Assembly (NCBI GenBank): GCA_963675745.2 | Contig: CAXXWX010000007.1 | Location: forward strand, 97,376 to 161,375 | From: Phycisphaerae bacterium | GTDB lineage: Bacteria > Planctomycetota > Phycisphaerae > UBA1845 > Fen-1342 | Direction: 5' to 3' | DNA: 64,000 bases | Shown: positions 46,121-56,536 of the stretch, in pieces | How the letters are laid out: each line of letters starts with the position of its first letter | Position numbering within the stretch: the first letter of the stretch is position 1 | Program-made: the position numbers and the translations under genes | The notes under the pieces: model-generated | Told to the model about the DNA's origin: nothing | The model's input: only the letters and a program-made list of their open reading frames with translations | Databases searched by the model: none

Positions 46121-46321
46121 TCAGCGTTGGTGCCAGCGCGAGAGACGGTACTCGCGGTCGGCCAGCCAGAGTATGTTCCAGTCGTGACTCATCTGCTGCA
46201 AGTCAGTGGCCATTACCTGTCGATACGTGCTGCGAACCTCAGTACCAGACTTCGTCTGAGTGGCACATCCGACGGCAAACAACAGGCCGGCTGCCAGGCC
46301 GATCACCGCGAGCAAACGCAT
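46121..46321 (-). CDS. Small hypothetical lipoprotein (66 aa)
   Basis: AGGAG RBS; MRLLAVIGLAAGLLFAVG-C lipobox. Confidence 0.7.
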   Translation of the reverse strand: MRLLAVIGLAAGLLFAVGCATQTKSGTEVRSTYRQVMATDLQQMSHDWNILWLADREYRLSRWHQR

Positions 46322-46464
46322 CACGAACTCCTGTGCAAAAGCGTGTCCAAGCCCGCCGATCAAGCAACACGTCGCGCCAGCATGACATCGGCGCAATCGC
46401 AATGCCAAACCCGTCAATCGGGGGGCTCACTGTCAGCGTAGTGTCGGGCAGCCGGGGTCAAATG

Positions 46465-46959
46465 TCAACCGCCGCAGCGCTGTGCGACGCGATCGAGTGC
46501 CGCCACGAACGCCGGCGCTGTGCCCGTGGGGCCGGCGAGGGCCACGTGTCGCAGCGTCGGTCCCGCGTGGGCCAACTCGAACCACACCGCCGAGCTCGGG
46601 ATGGCGTCAAAACACCGGTCGGCCCATTCGATCGCGACGATCGCGCCCGGCTCGGACCACATCTCGTCGAGGCCGAGCAGGGCCAGCTCTTCGGCGTCGC
46701 CAAGACGGTACGCGTCGATGTGATACAGTTTATGCCGGCCGACGTACTCGCGGACGAGCACGAAAGTCGGACTAACCACCGGTTCGTGTGTCGGCACCGA
46801 CAGGCCGCGTGCGAGCCCCTTGACGAGTTGGGTCTTTCCGCTGCCCAAGGGACCGCAGAGAGCCAGCACGGTCCCCGCCGTGACCACCTGTCCAAGCGCC
46901 GCCCCCATCTCGAGCGTTTGTGAGGGATGCCGGGATTCCCAGGTGATGACAGTGCTCAC
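46465..46959 (-). CDS. tsaE: tRNA t6A biosynthesis ATPase TsaE
   Basis: GPLGSGKT, SPTF, HIDAYRL and IEWAD. Confidence 0.93.
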   Translation of the reverse strand: MSTVITWESRHPSQTLEMGAALGQVVTAGTVLALCGPLGSGKTQLVKGLARGLSVPTHEPVVSPTFVLVREYVGRHKLYHIDAYRLGDAEELALLGLDEMWSEPGAIVAIEWADRCFDAIPSSAVWFELAHAGPTLRHVALAGPTGTAPAFVAALDRVAQRCGG

Positions 46960-47897
46960 CGGAAGTGCTCCCAGCCACGCCGTTCGATCGGCCTGCGTTT
47001 GCCATCCGTGGTCAGCAGCACCAGCTCGTCGCCGTCGATCACGCGCCCCAACGGCAGCAAGCCCAGATGCTCGCACGCCGCCGGCTTTACATCTGCCGGC
47101 AAAACGACCAGCAATTCGAAATCCTCACCGTCGTGCAGGGCGTGTTCGATCGCCGTGCCACCGTCCTGTTGCGCCAGGCGCTCGGCGTCAGGGTGGATCA
47201 CGGCGCGCAGGGCGCGCTCGTCGATCTCGGCGCCCTGGTGTGACGCGTCCAGAACATGGGCCAGATCAACGGCGAGCCCGTCACTGATGTCGATCATGGC
47301 GTGCGGATCGAGCGTGCGGTTGATGGCCAGCGCGGTCGCGATCCTCGGTTGAGGGTCCATATGCCGCCCGAGGATCGATCCGCCCACTCGTCCGGTAACG
47401 AAGATTCTATCGCCGGAACAGGCACCGTCGCGACGTACGGGACGGCGTCCCGGCTCGGGTTCGCCGACGATTGTGATGCAGATAGCGGTCGGATGGCTCC
47501 AGCTATTGGTGTCCCCGCCGACCAGCGGGCACTCGAATCGCGCGCCGCAATCGCGCACACCGCGTGCCAGGGCGAGCGCATCGTCGATGGTCAGATCTTC
47601 ATGAAGCGTGACGGCACAGAGGGCGCCGAGCGGCCTGGCGGCCATCGCGGCGCAGTCACTGAGGTTCACGGCCATGGCCTTGCGGCCGATGTCATACCAG
47701 GAGTGCCGGTGTGATTCGAAATCGACACCATCCGTCAGCATGTCGGTCGTGCCGAGCAGTGTGCCATCGCCGGGCAGCAGCGCCGCCATGTCATCGCCGA
47801 ACGGGACAGTGTCTGCATGCCGCGCGCTGGACAACTCGGTCTGGAGGCGCCGAATGAAGGCCAGCTCGCCGCGCTGCGGTTCTTTTGTTGCACCCAT
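46956..47897 (-). CDS. thiL: Thiamine-monophosphate kinase
   Basis: GDDMA, NLSDCAAM, GGDT, DISDGL and GEDFEL. Confidence 0.94.
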   Translation of the reverse strand: MGATKEPQRGELAFIRRLQTELSSARHADTVPFGDDMAALLPGDGTLLGTTDMLTDGVDFESHRHSWYDIGRKAMAVNLSDCAAMAARPLGALCAVTLHEDLTIDDALALARGVRDCGARFECPLVGGDTNSWSHPTAICITIVGEPEPGRRPVRRDGACSGDRIFVTGRVGGSILGRHMDPQPRIATALAINRTLDPHAMIDISDGLAVDLAHVLDASHQGAEIDERALRAVIHPDAERLAQQDGGTAIEHALHDGEDFELLVVLPADVKPAACEHLGLLPLGRVIDGDELVLLTTDGKRRPIERRGWEHFR

Positions 47898-47984
47898 GTC
47901 AGGCTTCCAGTGCGGGTTCGCTACAATGCGGTTGCGGGAAGTAACCGGTGTCAGGACACGCGTCCGAAGGTAACGATCGCGACC

Positions 47985-49103
47985 ATGCTCCACATTGTAG
48001 CCACAGCTATTGTCGCCACCGCGCTCACGGCACACGCGGCGCCGGTGCCCGGGCGAGTGGATGATACGCCGAGCGGGCGCTCGAATGAAGGCGCGGCGGA
48101 TACGGGGCTGGCGGGGACACCTTGTACGACCCAGGCTGTGCTGCGGACGCGTCTGGATGCCGTGCGGGAGCTGGGCCACCTGCTGGGCCGACACGCGCGG
48201 GTCGTCGAAACCGCGCACTTCGTGATCGTGCACACGGCACCGGACACCGATGCCGCGGCGCTGGGCCGGCGGCTGGAGGGTTTGTACGCGGCGAACATGA
48301 AGCTGGCGCGCGAGATCGGAATCAGGCCGCGCGCGCCGGAGTGGCGGCTGGAGGTCGTCTATTGCGGTCTTTGGGCGGAATTCGACGCCGTGCGCAAACG
48401 CCTGGGCGCCCCGGCGGAGTCGCGTGGTTTCTATGTGCGTTCGCTGAACCGCTGTGTCTTCAGTGCCGAGCCCCTCGGTCCGTCGGCGCGTGACACCTTT
48501 CTGGCGGATGAACAGGCACGTGGAGCAACGGCGGAAACTGCGTCCCTACGCTGGCGCGCTTACGCGGAGCGTGTTCGATCGGTGGCCATCAATCACGAGG
48601 CGGCGCATTGCGTGCAGTTCAACGTGGGGTTTTTCGATCGAGAATCTGACGTGCCGTTGTGGCTGGTCGAGGGCTTTGCCCAGGCGTTCGAGTTGTGGCG
48701 GCCGGGCAGGGAGGATGTCCTTTCACAACCACACGCGGCGCGTGCAGCGCGGTTTTGCAGAGACTATCCGGATGCCGCCGCGCTGGAGAGTCTCCTGCCG
48801 CGAATTATCGCGGATAATGCCGCGTGGGATGATGCCGAACATCAGGCGCTGGGTTGGGCTCTGGTCCACTATCTGTGGCGCGCGCGCCACGACGAGTTCG
48901 CACAATACGCTCGCGCGGTGGCATCAAGCGATCGCTCGGCGGTGTCGGCATCGGTCGCGGAGAGTCTGTTCACGGCGCACCTGGGCGTGGTTGACCGGGC
49001 GTTCGTGGAGCGCTTTCACTCATATCTTCGTCGCTACTGTGATGTCGGCCGCACCCCATCGAGCCAGACCCGGTTTTGCCTTTGGGCTGATCTGCCGCGA
49101 TAA
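47985..49103 (+). CDS. DUF1570-like secreted zincin-motif protein
   Basis: Signal peptide; HEAAH..FN.G, PLWLVEG and WALVHYL. Confidence 0.75.
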   Translation: MLHIVATAIVATALTAHAAPVPGRVDDTPSGRSNEGAADTGLAGTPCTTQAVLRTRLDAVRELGHLLGRHARVVETAHFVIVHTAPDTDAAALGRRLEGLYAANMKLAREIGIRPRAPEWRLEVVYCGLWAEFDAVRKRLGAPAESRGFYVRSLNRCVFSAEPLGPSARDTFLADEQARGATAETASLRWRAYAERVRSVAINHEAAHCVQFNVGFFDRESDVPLWLVEGFAQAFELWRPGREDVLSQPHAARAARFCRDYPDAAALESLLPRIIADNAAWDDAEHQALGWALVHYLWRARHDEFAQYARAVASSDRSAVSASVAESLFTAHLGVVDRAFVERFHSYLRRYCDVGRTPSSQTRFCLWADLPR

Positions 49104-49855
49104 TGCCGCGGATGACCGGTCCCGCACCTTCCACCAGCAAGCCGTCGCGCCCGCGTTTCGGGTTTGCCCGCTATTGGGAAGCGACGCAAGAGCCGCTGTA
49201 TTGCCTGCTGTTGCTGTTGCCGCTGGTGGCGACGTACGAGTTCAGCGCGATGATGCTGCGGCCGGTGCCGAACGCGGAAAGCCCGCTCGTGGCACACTTG
49301 CTGCTGCACCGCTTTCTGTCCTGGTTCGGCGGCACAAGCGTCTGGCTTCCCGGCCTGGTGCTGCTGGGTGCCCTGCTGGCATGGCACGTGGCAACTCGCA
49401 ACGCCTGGCGCGTACACCTGGTGTACTTCCCGATCATGGTGCTCGAGAGTCTGCTGCTGACGGTCCCGCTGTTTGTGATCGGGCGATTGGAGATGGCTGC
49501 GGTCAGGCAGGCCGGCCTTGGTGATCGCGTGGTGCTGGCGCTGGGCGCGGGAATATTCGAAGAGTTGGTTTTCCGCCTGTGCCTGATTGGCGCATTGCTG
49601 CTGTTCTTTCGTGATGCGCTGAATGTGCGCAAGTCGGCGGCCGCCGTGTTTGCCATCAGCATTGCGGCCCTGCTCTTTGCCCTGTGCCACTTCAAGCCCA
49701 TCGGAAACATAGATTGGGCTTGGCTCCCTTTCACGAAGCTTCTGCTCGACGGTGTCTACCTGTCTTTCGTGTTTGTCGGCCGCGGGTTGGGTATCGCCAC
49801 CAGTTGCCACGCCGCGTACAACATCATGCTGGCGTTCCTGGTTCGCGCACCTTAG
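49103..49855 (+). CDS. CPBP (Abi/CAAX-like) intramembrane glutamic protease
   Basis: EELVFR, FALCH and HAAYN motifs; multiple TM helices. Confidence 0.88.
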   Translation: MPRMTGPAPSTSKPSRPRFGFARYWEATQEPLYCLLLLLPLVATYEFSAMMLRPVPNAESPLVAHLLLHRFLSWFGGTSVWLPGLVLLGALLAWHVATRNAWRVHLVYFPIMVLESLLLTVPLFVIGRLEMAAVRQAGLGDRVVLALGAGIFEELVFRLCLIGALLLFFRDALNVRKSAAAVFAISIAALLFALCHFKPIGNIDWAWLPFTKLLLDGVYLSFVFVGRGLGIATSCHAAYNIMLAFLVRAP

Positions 49856-49880
49856 CCGGCTCTTGATCGAGGTATTTGTG

Positions 49881-52229
49881 ATGCAACGCGTATTCTTCTT
49901 CGTCGCCGGGTTCTGGCTCATGTCGTCTGTTGCGCTTGCTCAGCAGCCCGGTGCGCATTTCACGCAACAGGCCGGGCCGCACGGACAAGCAGCGGCCGAC
50001 GTCGTCTATACGCCGATCGACTTGAGTGAGTTAATCGCAAGCGGCAAAGCGCGCGTCGATAGCACAAAGCTCGACATCGGCACGGCGGCGCGTGTATTCG
50101 ACGCCGACCCGAAGACGCTCGCGCGCACGCCCGACATCAACCCGGCGTTCGTGCGCATCGAGTTTGACGAGCCGCGGACGGTGGAGCATTTCCGGCTGTA
50201 TCTGATCGGTGAGGAGCACGAGTTCACCATCACCGCCGCTGACAGCCTGGCGGCACTGAGTGACGCCGACAAGCGTTTGTTCACGCATAGCGGGCGTGCC
50301 GGTCGTGGCGGTCAGACCGACATCCATCTCGACAAGGCCCTGACCGCTCGCGTGTTTCAGTTGGATGTGAAGCGGCTCACCGGTGATGGCTACGTTCATT
50401 TCTTCGATTGGCAGTTCTGTGAGCCGTCAGCAATATCGTCGCTGGAAGTCCGGGCGGTTCACGAACGCGCGCTGGCCCACAAACCCGAGGAGCTGGCGGA
50501 AGCAACCGGCAAGCTCGCTTGCCCGATCGACTCGGTCGTGATCTTCCGCGCCAGCGCCGTAGCCGACAACGGGGTGCGCATCGCCGTCGATGATCAGGTT
50601 GTCTGGGACACGCCAAGCGGCGTCGTGCCATTCGGCGATGAGCCCGGCCAGTTCCTCATAACGACCGCCGGTGACCACGAGCTCACGGCGCGCTACGGCA
50701 CGCGCATGCAACGGGTTGTCGTGATGGGCACGCCGCGCGAAATCGTCAACAGTGCCGATGATGTCGAAGTCTGGTACATCGAGCGGCTGCCCCGAATCGA
50801 CTATGACGGGCCCAACGGCGGCTGGCCCGCACCGGGCAGCGAAGTCACGTGGCGCGCGCACGTGTACAACTGGGCCACACGCGGCGTGATGGTCGACTAC
50901 GAGTGGCGGCTCGACGGTGAGGTTGTCGGGCAGGGGGCCGCGCAGCTCCCGCCTCGGTCGGACACGTTGGAATCGACGCACATCGACTTGCGGCGGGCGT
51001 GGGAGCCGTCGCGCCGGGAGCTGACTTTCTCAGTGACGCAGCACCCGCCACATGATGAGCTGATCACGAGCAACAACATGCTTGCGGTTTTCACCGACGC
51101 ATTGGCGGTGGGCATGTGGGTCGAGCGCTCGGTGTGGGACTGGCATCACGAGAAGCAGCATCTTCTGCCGCTGCGCGACAGCAACAGCTTTGCCGGTTGG
51201 GCCCAGCGTCACATGCGCCAGTGGAACGAGATGCTGGCCGCCGCCAGATACGCCGACGCGCCCGACGGAGGGCTCGATCGCGTGCGGCTTGATCGGCTCG
51301 TGGTCGTGCCGGATAACGCCTTGCCCCTCAATCACGGGTTGCCGTCGAACAATCCGGACACGCGTGACAAGACGGTTGATATGATGTGGGGCTTCCCGAC
51401 CGGGCCGCAGCTCAACACCGACTGGTGGTCCGTTGACAAGGCCACCGAGAACATTGAAGCCGGCAAGCTCGAGGGCGCCGCCTTCTATCTTGATCTCGGC
51501 CTGATCCACGAGCTCGGCCACGCGCGGTACCTGGTGGACGCATACGGGTTTGATGTCCACGCCGGTGAGCGCATCCAGGTGCGCGACGAGCAGGGCCCGA
51601 TTCTCGGCCGTTATATGCCCGCCGAGGGCATCGTCCACTGGCGTAAGTACACCGGTAATATGGGTGGCGACTACACGAGCTATTCGCTCTACGAGATTCT
51701 CATGCTCAATCGTGTCGCCGGACGGCGTGCCCGGGGCGGGAACTGCAATTCGCCGACCGTGATCGGTGAATTTCTGCAAGAGATCCCCGAGCGCATCGTC
51801 TATGCCTTCACCGACCAGCACGGCAATCCGCTGGCCGGCGCCGATCTGTACGTGTACCAGGCCCGCCGGCACGAGCCGGACTGGTATGGCAAGGCGTACG
51901 CCGAGCCACCTGACATTCTGACGCAGACCGACGAGCGGGGGCGGGTGTCGTTTGATCGCACGCTGTTCTCGAAGGACGGCCGCATCATACACGGCTGGGG
52001 GCATGCCAACAGCGTCGTGCTGATGCGGATCACCCACGCGGGCCGACACTATTTCCTGTTTGAGGAGGTCTCCGACTGCAACCTCGCGTACGTCCTGGGC
52101 CACACCGACGAATTCACGTTCCCGCGGCAGATTGAGCTGCGCTCAGGCGAGCCCGCGCCGGAGCAGTGGGACGCGCGTGCCACGTGGACTCCGCCCGGAG
52201 TGGGCTTCCGCACGACGGGTTTGGACTAG
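49881..52229 (+). CDS. Secreted multidomain putative metallopeptidase
   Basis: Signal peptide, discoidin-like and Ig-like beta regions, HELGH zinc motif. Confidence 0.7.
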   Translation: MQRVFFFVAGFWLMSSVALAQQPGAHFTQQAGPHGQAAADVVYTPIDLSELIASGKARVDSTKLDIGTAARVFDADPKTLARTPDINPAFVRIEFDEPRTVEHFRLYLIGEEHEFTITAADSLAALSDADKRLFTHSGRAGRGGQTDIHLDKALTARVFQLDVKRLTGDGYVHFFDWQFCEPSAISSLEVRAVHERALAHKPEELAEATGKLACPIDSVVIFRASAVADNGVRIAVDDQVVWDTPSGVVPFGDEPGQFLITTAGDHELTARYGTRMQRVVVMGTPREIVNSADDVEVWYIERLPRIDYDGPNGGWPAPGSEVTWRAHVYNWATRGVMVDYEWRLDGEVVGQGAAQLPPRSDTLESTHIDLRRAWEPSRRELTFSVTQHPPHDELITSNNMLAVFTDALAVGMWVERSVWDWHHEKQHLLPLRDSNSFAGWAQRHMRQWNEMLAAARYADAPDGGLDRVRLDRLVVVPDNALPLNHGLPSNNPDTRDKTVDMMWGFPTGPQLNTDWWSVDKATENIEAGKLEGAAFYLDLGLIHELGHARYLVDAYGFDVHAGERIQVRDEQGPILGRYMPAEGIVHWRKYTGNMGGDYTSYSLYEILMLNRVAGRRARGGNCNSPTVIGEFLQEIPERIVYAFTDQHGNPLAGADLYVYQARRHEPDWYGKAYAEPPDILTQTDERGRVSFDRTLFSKDGRIIHGWGHANSVVLMRITHAGRHYFLFEEVSDCNLAYVLGHTDEFTFPRQIELRSGEPAPEQWDARATWTPPGVGFRTTGLD

Positions 52230-52256
52230 CACAACGGAAGCCACGGTGAGGCGCAA

Positions 52257-53396
52257 ATGCCAGGCGACAAGGCACTGACTCTGTTCAGCATGACGCTGCG
52301 AAACCTGTTTCGGCAGCGTGTGCGCACGGCGCTGACGGTGCTCAGCGTCGGGCTTGGTGTCGTCGCGATCGTCTCGTTCGGTACGCTGGTGCAGGGCATC
52401 TGGTCCGCCGTGGAAACTGCCATCAAGGCCGGTGGGGCCGACATGATGGTGTTTCAGGCGGGGGCGGCGGCGGATATGTTCAGCACACTCGAAGAGGACG
52501 AAACGCGGGCCGTCCTTGTAGCCGATCCGGACGTGGAGGACATCGCCGCCGGCCTATTCCACGTCGTTCCCGTGCAGAATCAGCCGTTCGTGATTCTGTA
52601 CGGCGTGCATTTGCACGAATTCATGGTCGATCCCAATCAACCCGGCACCGAGATTCGCGGGCAACCGCCGCGCGCCCAGGATGAGATCATGCTGGGCGTT
52701 ATTCTGGAGCGGACATTGAAGAAGACCATCGGCGATGAGCTGATGGTCGGCGGTGAGCCCTTGAAGATCGTCGGAATCTTTGAAACGGACGTGGTCTTCT
52801 TCAATGGCGGCATCCTGATGGCGCTGCCAAAGCTCCAGGAGATGATCGGCCGGCAGGGTCTCGTCAACGCGTTCATGATCAAGCTGCGCGAAGGGGCCGA
52901 TCTGCGGACGGTGGCGGACAGGATCGAGACGAACAACCCGAAGCTGGTCACGATCACCAACGCCGCCGAATACCGCAAGGTTGACCAGGGGCTCGAAGTC
53001 GCGAAGGGCATGGTCAAGGCGGTCAGCCTGCTGGCTGTGATCATCGGCAGCATTATCGTCATGAACACGATGTGGATGACCGTGTACGAGCGGACACGCG
53101 AGATCGGCGTGTTGCGCGCGCTGGGATGGTCACGCGGGCGCGTAATCATCATGATTCTGATCGAGGCCACCGGCGTGGGGTTGATGGCGTGTATTGTTGG
53201 CAGCCTGTTGGGGGTCGGCCTGGCGGAGTTGACTACCGTATTGCCGGTCGCCAGCCAGTTCAATCGCCCGGTTTATAACCTGCCCCCCTTTGTGCTCGCT
53301 TTCAGCGTTGGCATCGTTCTCAGCTTGATCGGGGCGATGTTGCCGGCGTGGCGCGCGTCACAGATATCGCCGGTGGAGGCGCTGCGCTATGAGTGA
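52257..53396 (+). CDS. MacB/FtsX-family ABC permease
   Basis: RTALT, ERTREIGVLRALGW and [17 protein letters not shown]. Confidence 0.93.
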   Translation: MPGDKALTLFSMTLRNLFRQRVRTALTVLSVGLGVVAIVSFGTLVQGIWSAVETAIKAGGADMMVFQAGAAADMFSTLEEDETRAVLVADPDVEDIAAGLFHVVPVQNQPFVILYGVHLHEFMVDPNQPGTEIRGQPPRAQDEIMLGVILERTLKKTIGDELMVGGEPLKIVGIFETDVVFFNGGILMALPKLQEMIGRQGLVNAFMIKLREGADLRTVADRIETNNPKLVTITNAAEYRKVDQGLEVAKGMVKAVSLLAVIIGSIIVMNTMWMTVYERTREIGVLRALGWSRGRVIIMILIEATGVGLMACIVGSLLGVGLAELTTVLPVASQFNRPVYNLPPFVLAFSVGIVLSLIGAMLPAWRASQISPVEALRYE

Positions 53397-54085
53397 CGAT
53401 CAGGCTGCCGGGCAGGCGGTCATTTCCGCGACCGGCATCATCAAGCACTATGAAGGCGGGCTGATCAAGGCGCTCGACGGCGTGAACCTCACGGTGCGCG
53501 CGGGGGAATTCATCGCTGTCTGTGGGCCATCGGGTTGCGGTAAGTCGACGTTGCTCAATGTCATATCCGGCGTGGATCGGCCCGACGCCGGCCGGATTGT
53601 CGTCAGTGGTCGCAACCTGACCAGCCTGGCACCGAGCGCGCTCGACGGCTACCGCGCGCGGGTTATCGGCCTGGTATTCCAATTGCACAACCTGCTGCCC
53701 AATCTGACCGCGCTCGAAAACGTGCAGGTGCCGATGTTGTCGACGCGGATGCCGGCCGCCGAGCGCGTGTCCTGGGCGCGCGAGCTGCTGGCGCGCGTGG
53801 GGCTCGACGACCGGGAATACGCGCGGCCGCCCCACACTGTCGGGCGGCGAGCGCCAACGCGTGGCGATCGCGCGGGCGCTGGCAAACAAGCCCGAAATCC
53901 TCCTGGCCGACGAGCCCACCGGCGCGCTCGATTCCAAGAGCAGTGAGCGGCTGATGAGCCTGCTGGAGAGCCTGCAACACGACTCGGGCACGACGCTGGT
54001 CGTGGTTACGCACGAGCCCGGGATAGCTGAGCGCGCCGAGCGTGTGGCACACATGTTGGATGGCCGGATTGTCAGCGATGATTGA
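53389..54085 (+). CDS. ABC ATP-binding protein (LolD/MacB-type), frameshifted at ~53830-53833
   Basis: GPSGCGKS in the first frame; removing one C from CCCC restores [25 protein letters not shown]. Confidence 0.88.
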
Positions 54086-54160
54086 CCGAATCGCGTGGGC
54101 TGGTCTGAGCAGTAACGCGCGCGTCGGCAACCGGCCGCCGCACACGGCGGGGACGCCCTG

Positions 54161-55153
54161 ATGCCGGATGATGAGGGAATGTGTCGAGCACCCGCGCCAT
54201 ACCAGCGCAACGCGCGCCTGTTCGTCGTGGCTGAACGGCGCGAGACATGGCACGACGGCTCGCGCTCGCGCGACGTTCCCGTGAAAATCTACAAGCCGGA
54301 CGCTGACCGCCCGCGACCGCTGGTTGTTTTCTCACACGGTCTCGGCGCCTCGCGTGAGTATTACGCCTACCTTGGCCGATACTGGGCGGCACGCGGTTAC
54401 CTGTGCGTGCATCCGACCCACGTTGGTACGGACTGCGCGCTGTGGCGGGGTCAACAGCGGCCTTGGCCGTTGATGTGTGAGGCGATGGATGCGCCGCAGC
54501 ATCGCGTTGATCGGCCGCTGGACATGATTCACGTTCTCGACCATCTGTCCGCGGACGCCGATTGGCATGCGACCGTGGATTGGCAGCGCGTCGCGACGGT
54601 GGGGCATTCGTTCGGTGCTTATACGGCCATGGCCTTGGCGGGCATGCGTATCGATCTTCCGGGCCGCAAAGATGTCAGTTTCACCGATCAGCGCGTGCGG
54701 GCCGTAATCGCCATGTCGCCCCAGGGGCCCGGTTTGTTCGGCATCCACGAGCACTCCTGGGACGCTATAGACACGCCGATCATGTTCCTCACCGGGACGC
54801 ACGATCGCGGCGTTCGCTCGAAGTCGGTCGCCGACCGTTTCGTTGCGTACTCGCGGATTACGGGCCGCGACCAATTCATGGTGGTCATTAAGCGGGCGAA
54901 TCACTACGCGTTCAGCGACGGTGCGGGGATCGGCTTGCGCCCGCCGCCGCGCGAGCCGGAGCACCACGGCTATATCCAGGCAGCCACGACCGCGTTTTTG
55001 GACGCGTACCTGGAAGACAATGCCGCGGCCCAGCGTTGGCTGGTCGGCGGCGGATTGCGGGATCTGTCGGGCGGTGTTTGTCAGACCGAGTTCAAGAACA
55101 TCACGGGACTGCCACAAGATCAGCGCGAGCAGTCCAATGCCGAGGCCCCGTAA
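54161..55153 (+). CDS. Alpha/beta hydrolase (predicted dienelactone hydrolase-like)
   Basis: FSHGLG, GHSFG nucleophile elbow, GTHD and ANH. Confidence 0.87.
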   Translation: MPDDEGMCRAPAPYQRNARLFVVAERRETWHDGSRSRDVPVKIYKPDADRPRPLVVFSHGLGASREYYAYLGRYWAARGYLCVHPTHVGTDCALWRGQQRPWPLMCEAMDAPQHRVDRPLDMIHVLDHLSADADWHATVDWQRVATVGHSFGAYTAMALAGMRIDLPGRKDVSFTDQRVRAVIAMSPQGPGLFGIHEHSWDAIDTPIMFLTGTHDRGVRSKSVADRFVAYSRITGRDQFMVVIKRANHYAFSDGAGIGLRPPPREPEHHGYIQAATTAFLDAYLEDNAAAQRWLVGGGLRDLSGGVCQTEFKNITGLPQDQREQSNAEAP

Positions 55154-55230
55154 CGGCCTGCGCCTCGCAGGCCGTCGAGAAGAAGTGGTGCTTCCGACGC
55201 CCCACGGCCAGGCGGGGCGCCGGCTACCAC
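55150..55230. repeat. REP doublet family A overlapping the hydrolase stop codon
   Basis: GTAACGGCCTGCGCCTCGCAGGCCG is identical to 591-615. Confidence 0.8.
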
Positions 55231-55329
55231 ACAGCTTGCCGCTGCGATCATCTTCCGCACCGGTATGCAGGCGCGGGGATCACGGCGACGTACAATCGCT
55301 GATCGAATACACCAGACGCGAGGCCGGCG

Positions 55330-56367
55330 ATGAACGTGCTCTACGACAAGGATGTGGCTACGGATCTGCTCCGCGGCAAGACAATCGCGATTATCGGGTA
55401 TGGTTCCCAGGGGCACGCTCACGCACTTAACCTGCGCGACAGCGGGTTTAGTGTCGTCGTCGGAGCTCGCCCGGACGGAACGGCTCGCAGCGCGGCCGCG
55501 GCGGAACACTTTCCCATGGTTGATATCGCCGAAGCCGCGCTCGAGGCCGATGTGCTCATGCTGCTTACACCCGATGAGGTTCAGCCGGACGTGTACGCGC
55601 GGCATATCGCGCCCGAACTACGGCCAGGCGCATATGTCGGGTTTGCTCACGGTCTGGCGGTGCACTCGCGCAGGCTGGTGCCGCGCGATGACCTGAACGT
55701 GTTCCTAGTCGCGCCGAAAGGGCCCGGCCGGCAGCTACGTCAGCGATACACCGTCGGCGGGGGGCTGGCGGGGCTGGTGGCCGTCCACCAGGACCCTGCC
55801 GGCGACTGCCGGGACGTGGCCCTGGCGTACGCCGCCGGCATAGGCTGCGGACGCGTCGGCATCCTCGAAACCACCTTTCGCGAGGAGACCGAGACCGACC
55901 TGTTCAGCGAGCAGGTGGTCCTCTGCGGCGGCCTTGTGGAGCTGATACACACGGCGTACGAGACGCTGGTTGAGGCGGGTTACACACCCGAAAGCGCGTA
56001 CTTCGAGTGTCTGCACGAAGTCAAGCTGATTGCCGACCTGATCTTCGAGCGCGGAATCTCCGGTATGCGCGAAGCTATCAGCAACACGGCGGCATATGGT
56101 GGCCTGACACGCGGCAAGCGCGTGATCGGCGCGCCGGCCCGGCAGGCGATGCGCAAGATTCTCTCCGAGATTCAGTCGGGAGCGTTTGCCAACGAGTGGT
56201 TCGATGAGTACGCGACGGGCACACCCACTCTTCACGCGCTGGCCCACGCCGAATCCGAGCACGCCATCGAAGCCGTCGGCCAGCGCTTGCGAACTCTAAT
56301 GGCCGGCGGCGACGGGAACCGGAAGTCCCGCGACGGCGAACAACGCGCGGACAGCCCGCCGCAGTAG
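55330..56367 (+). CDS. ilvC: Ketol-acid reductoisomerase (class I)
   Basis: GYGSQGHAHA, PDE, APKGPG, ETETDLFSEQ and ECLHE. Confidence 0.95.
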   Translation: MNVLYDKDVATDLLRGKTIAIIGYGSQGHAHALNLRDSGFSVVVGARPDGTARSAAAAEHFPMVDIAEAALEADVLMLLTPDEVQPDVYARHIAPELRPGAYVGFAHGLAVHSRRLVPRDDLNVFLVAPKGPGRQLRQRYTVGGGLAGLVAVHQDPAGDCRDVALAYAAGIGCGRVGILETTFREETETDLFSEQVVLCGGLVELIHTAYETLVEAGYTPESAYFECLHEVKLIADLIFERGISGMREAISNTAAYGGLTRGKRVIGAPARQAMRKILSEIQSGAFANEWFDEYATGTPTLHALAHAESEHAIEAVGQRLRTLMAGGDGNRKSRDGEQRADSPPQ

Positions 56368-56461
56368 CGCCCGCCCACCCCTCAATCCCTTATTCCCTAT
56401 TCCCCCCCTACCAACACAATTGAACGGCCAGCGGCGGCGTGCTAGAATCCTGTGTTCCAAC

Positions 56462-56536
56462 GGTGAGTGTAGCTCAGTTGGTTAGAGCACCAGGTTGTGG
56501 TCCTGGGGGTCGCGGGTTCGAATCTCGTCACTCACC
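56462..56536 (+). tRNA. tRNA-His(GUG)
   Basis: Acceptor GTGAGTG/CACTCAC with G-1:C73, anticodon arm CCAGG-TTGTGGT-CCTGG, TTCGAAT loop; CCA not encoded. Confidence 0.96.

Noticed and set aside
53825..53840. Programmed frameshift in the ABC ATPase
   Set aside because: One extra C in a short C run just before the LSGG signature, with no slippery site or stimulator; an indel error is the simpler explanation.
56376..56410. CCCT(C/T)ATT-like short repeats (similar tract on the minus strand at 36184-36208)
   Set aside because: Short degenerate low-complexity tracts after gene ends; too weak to assign a function.
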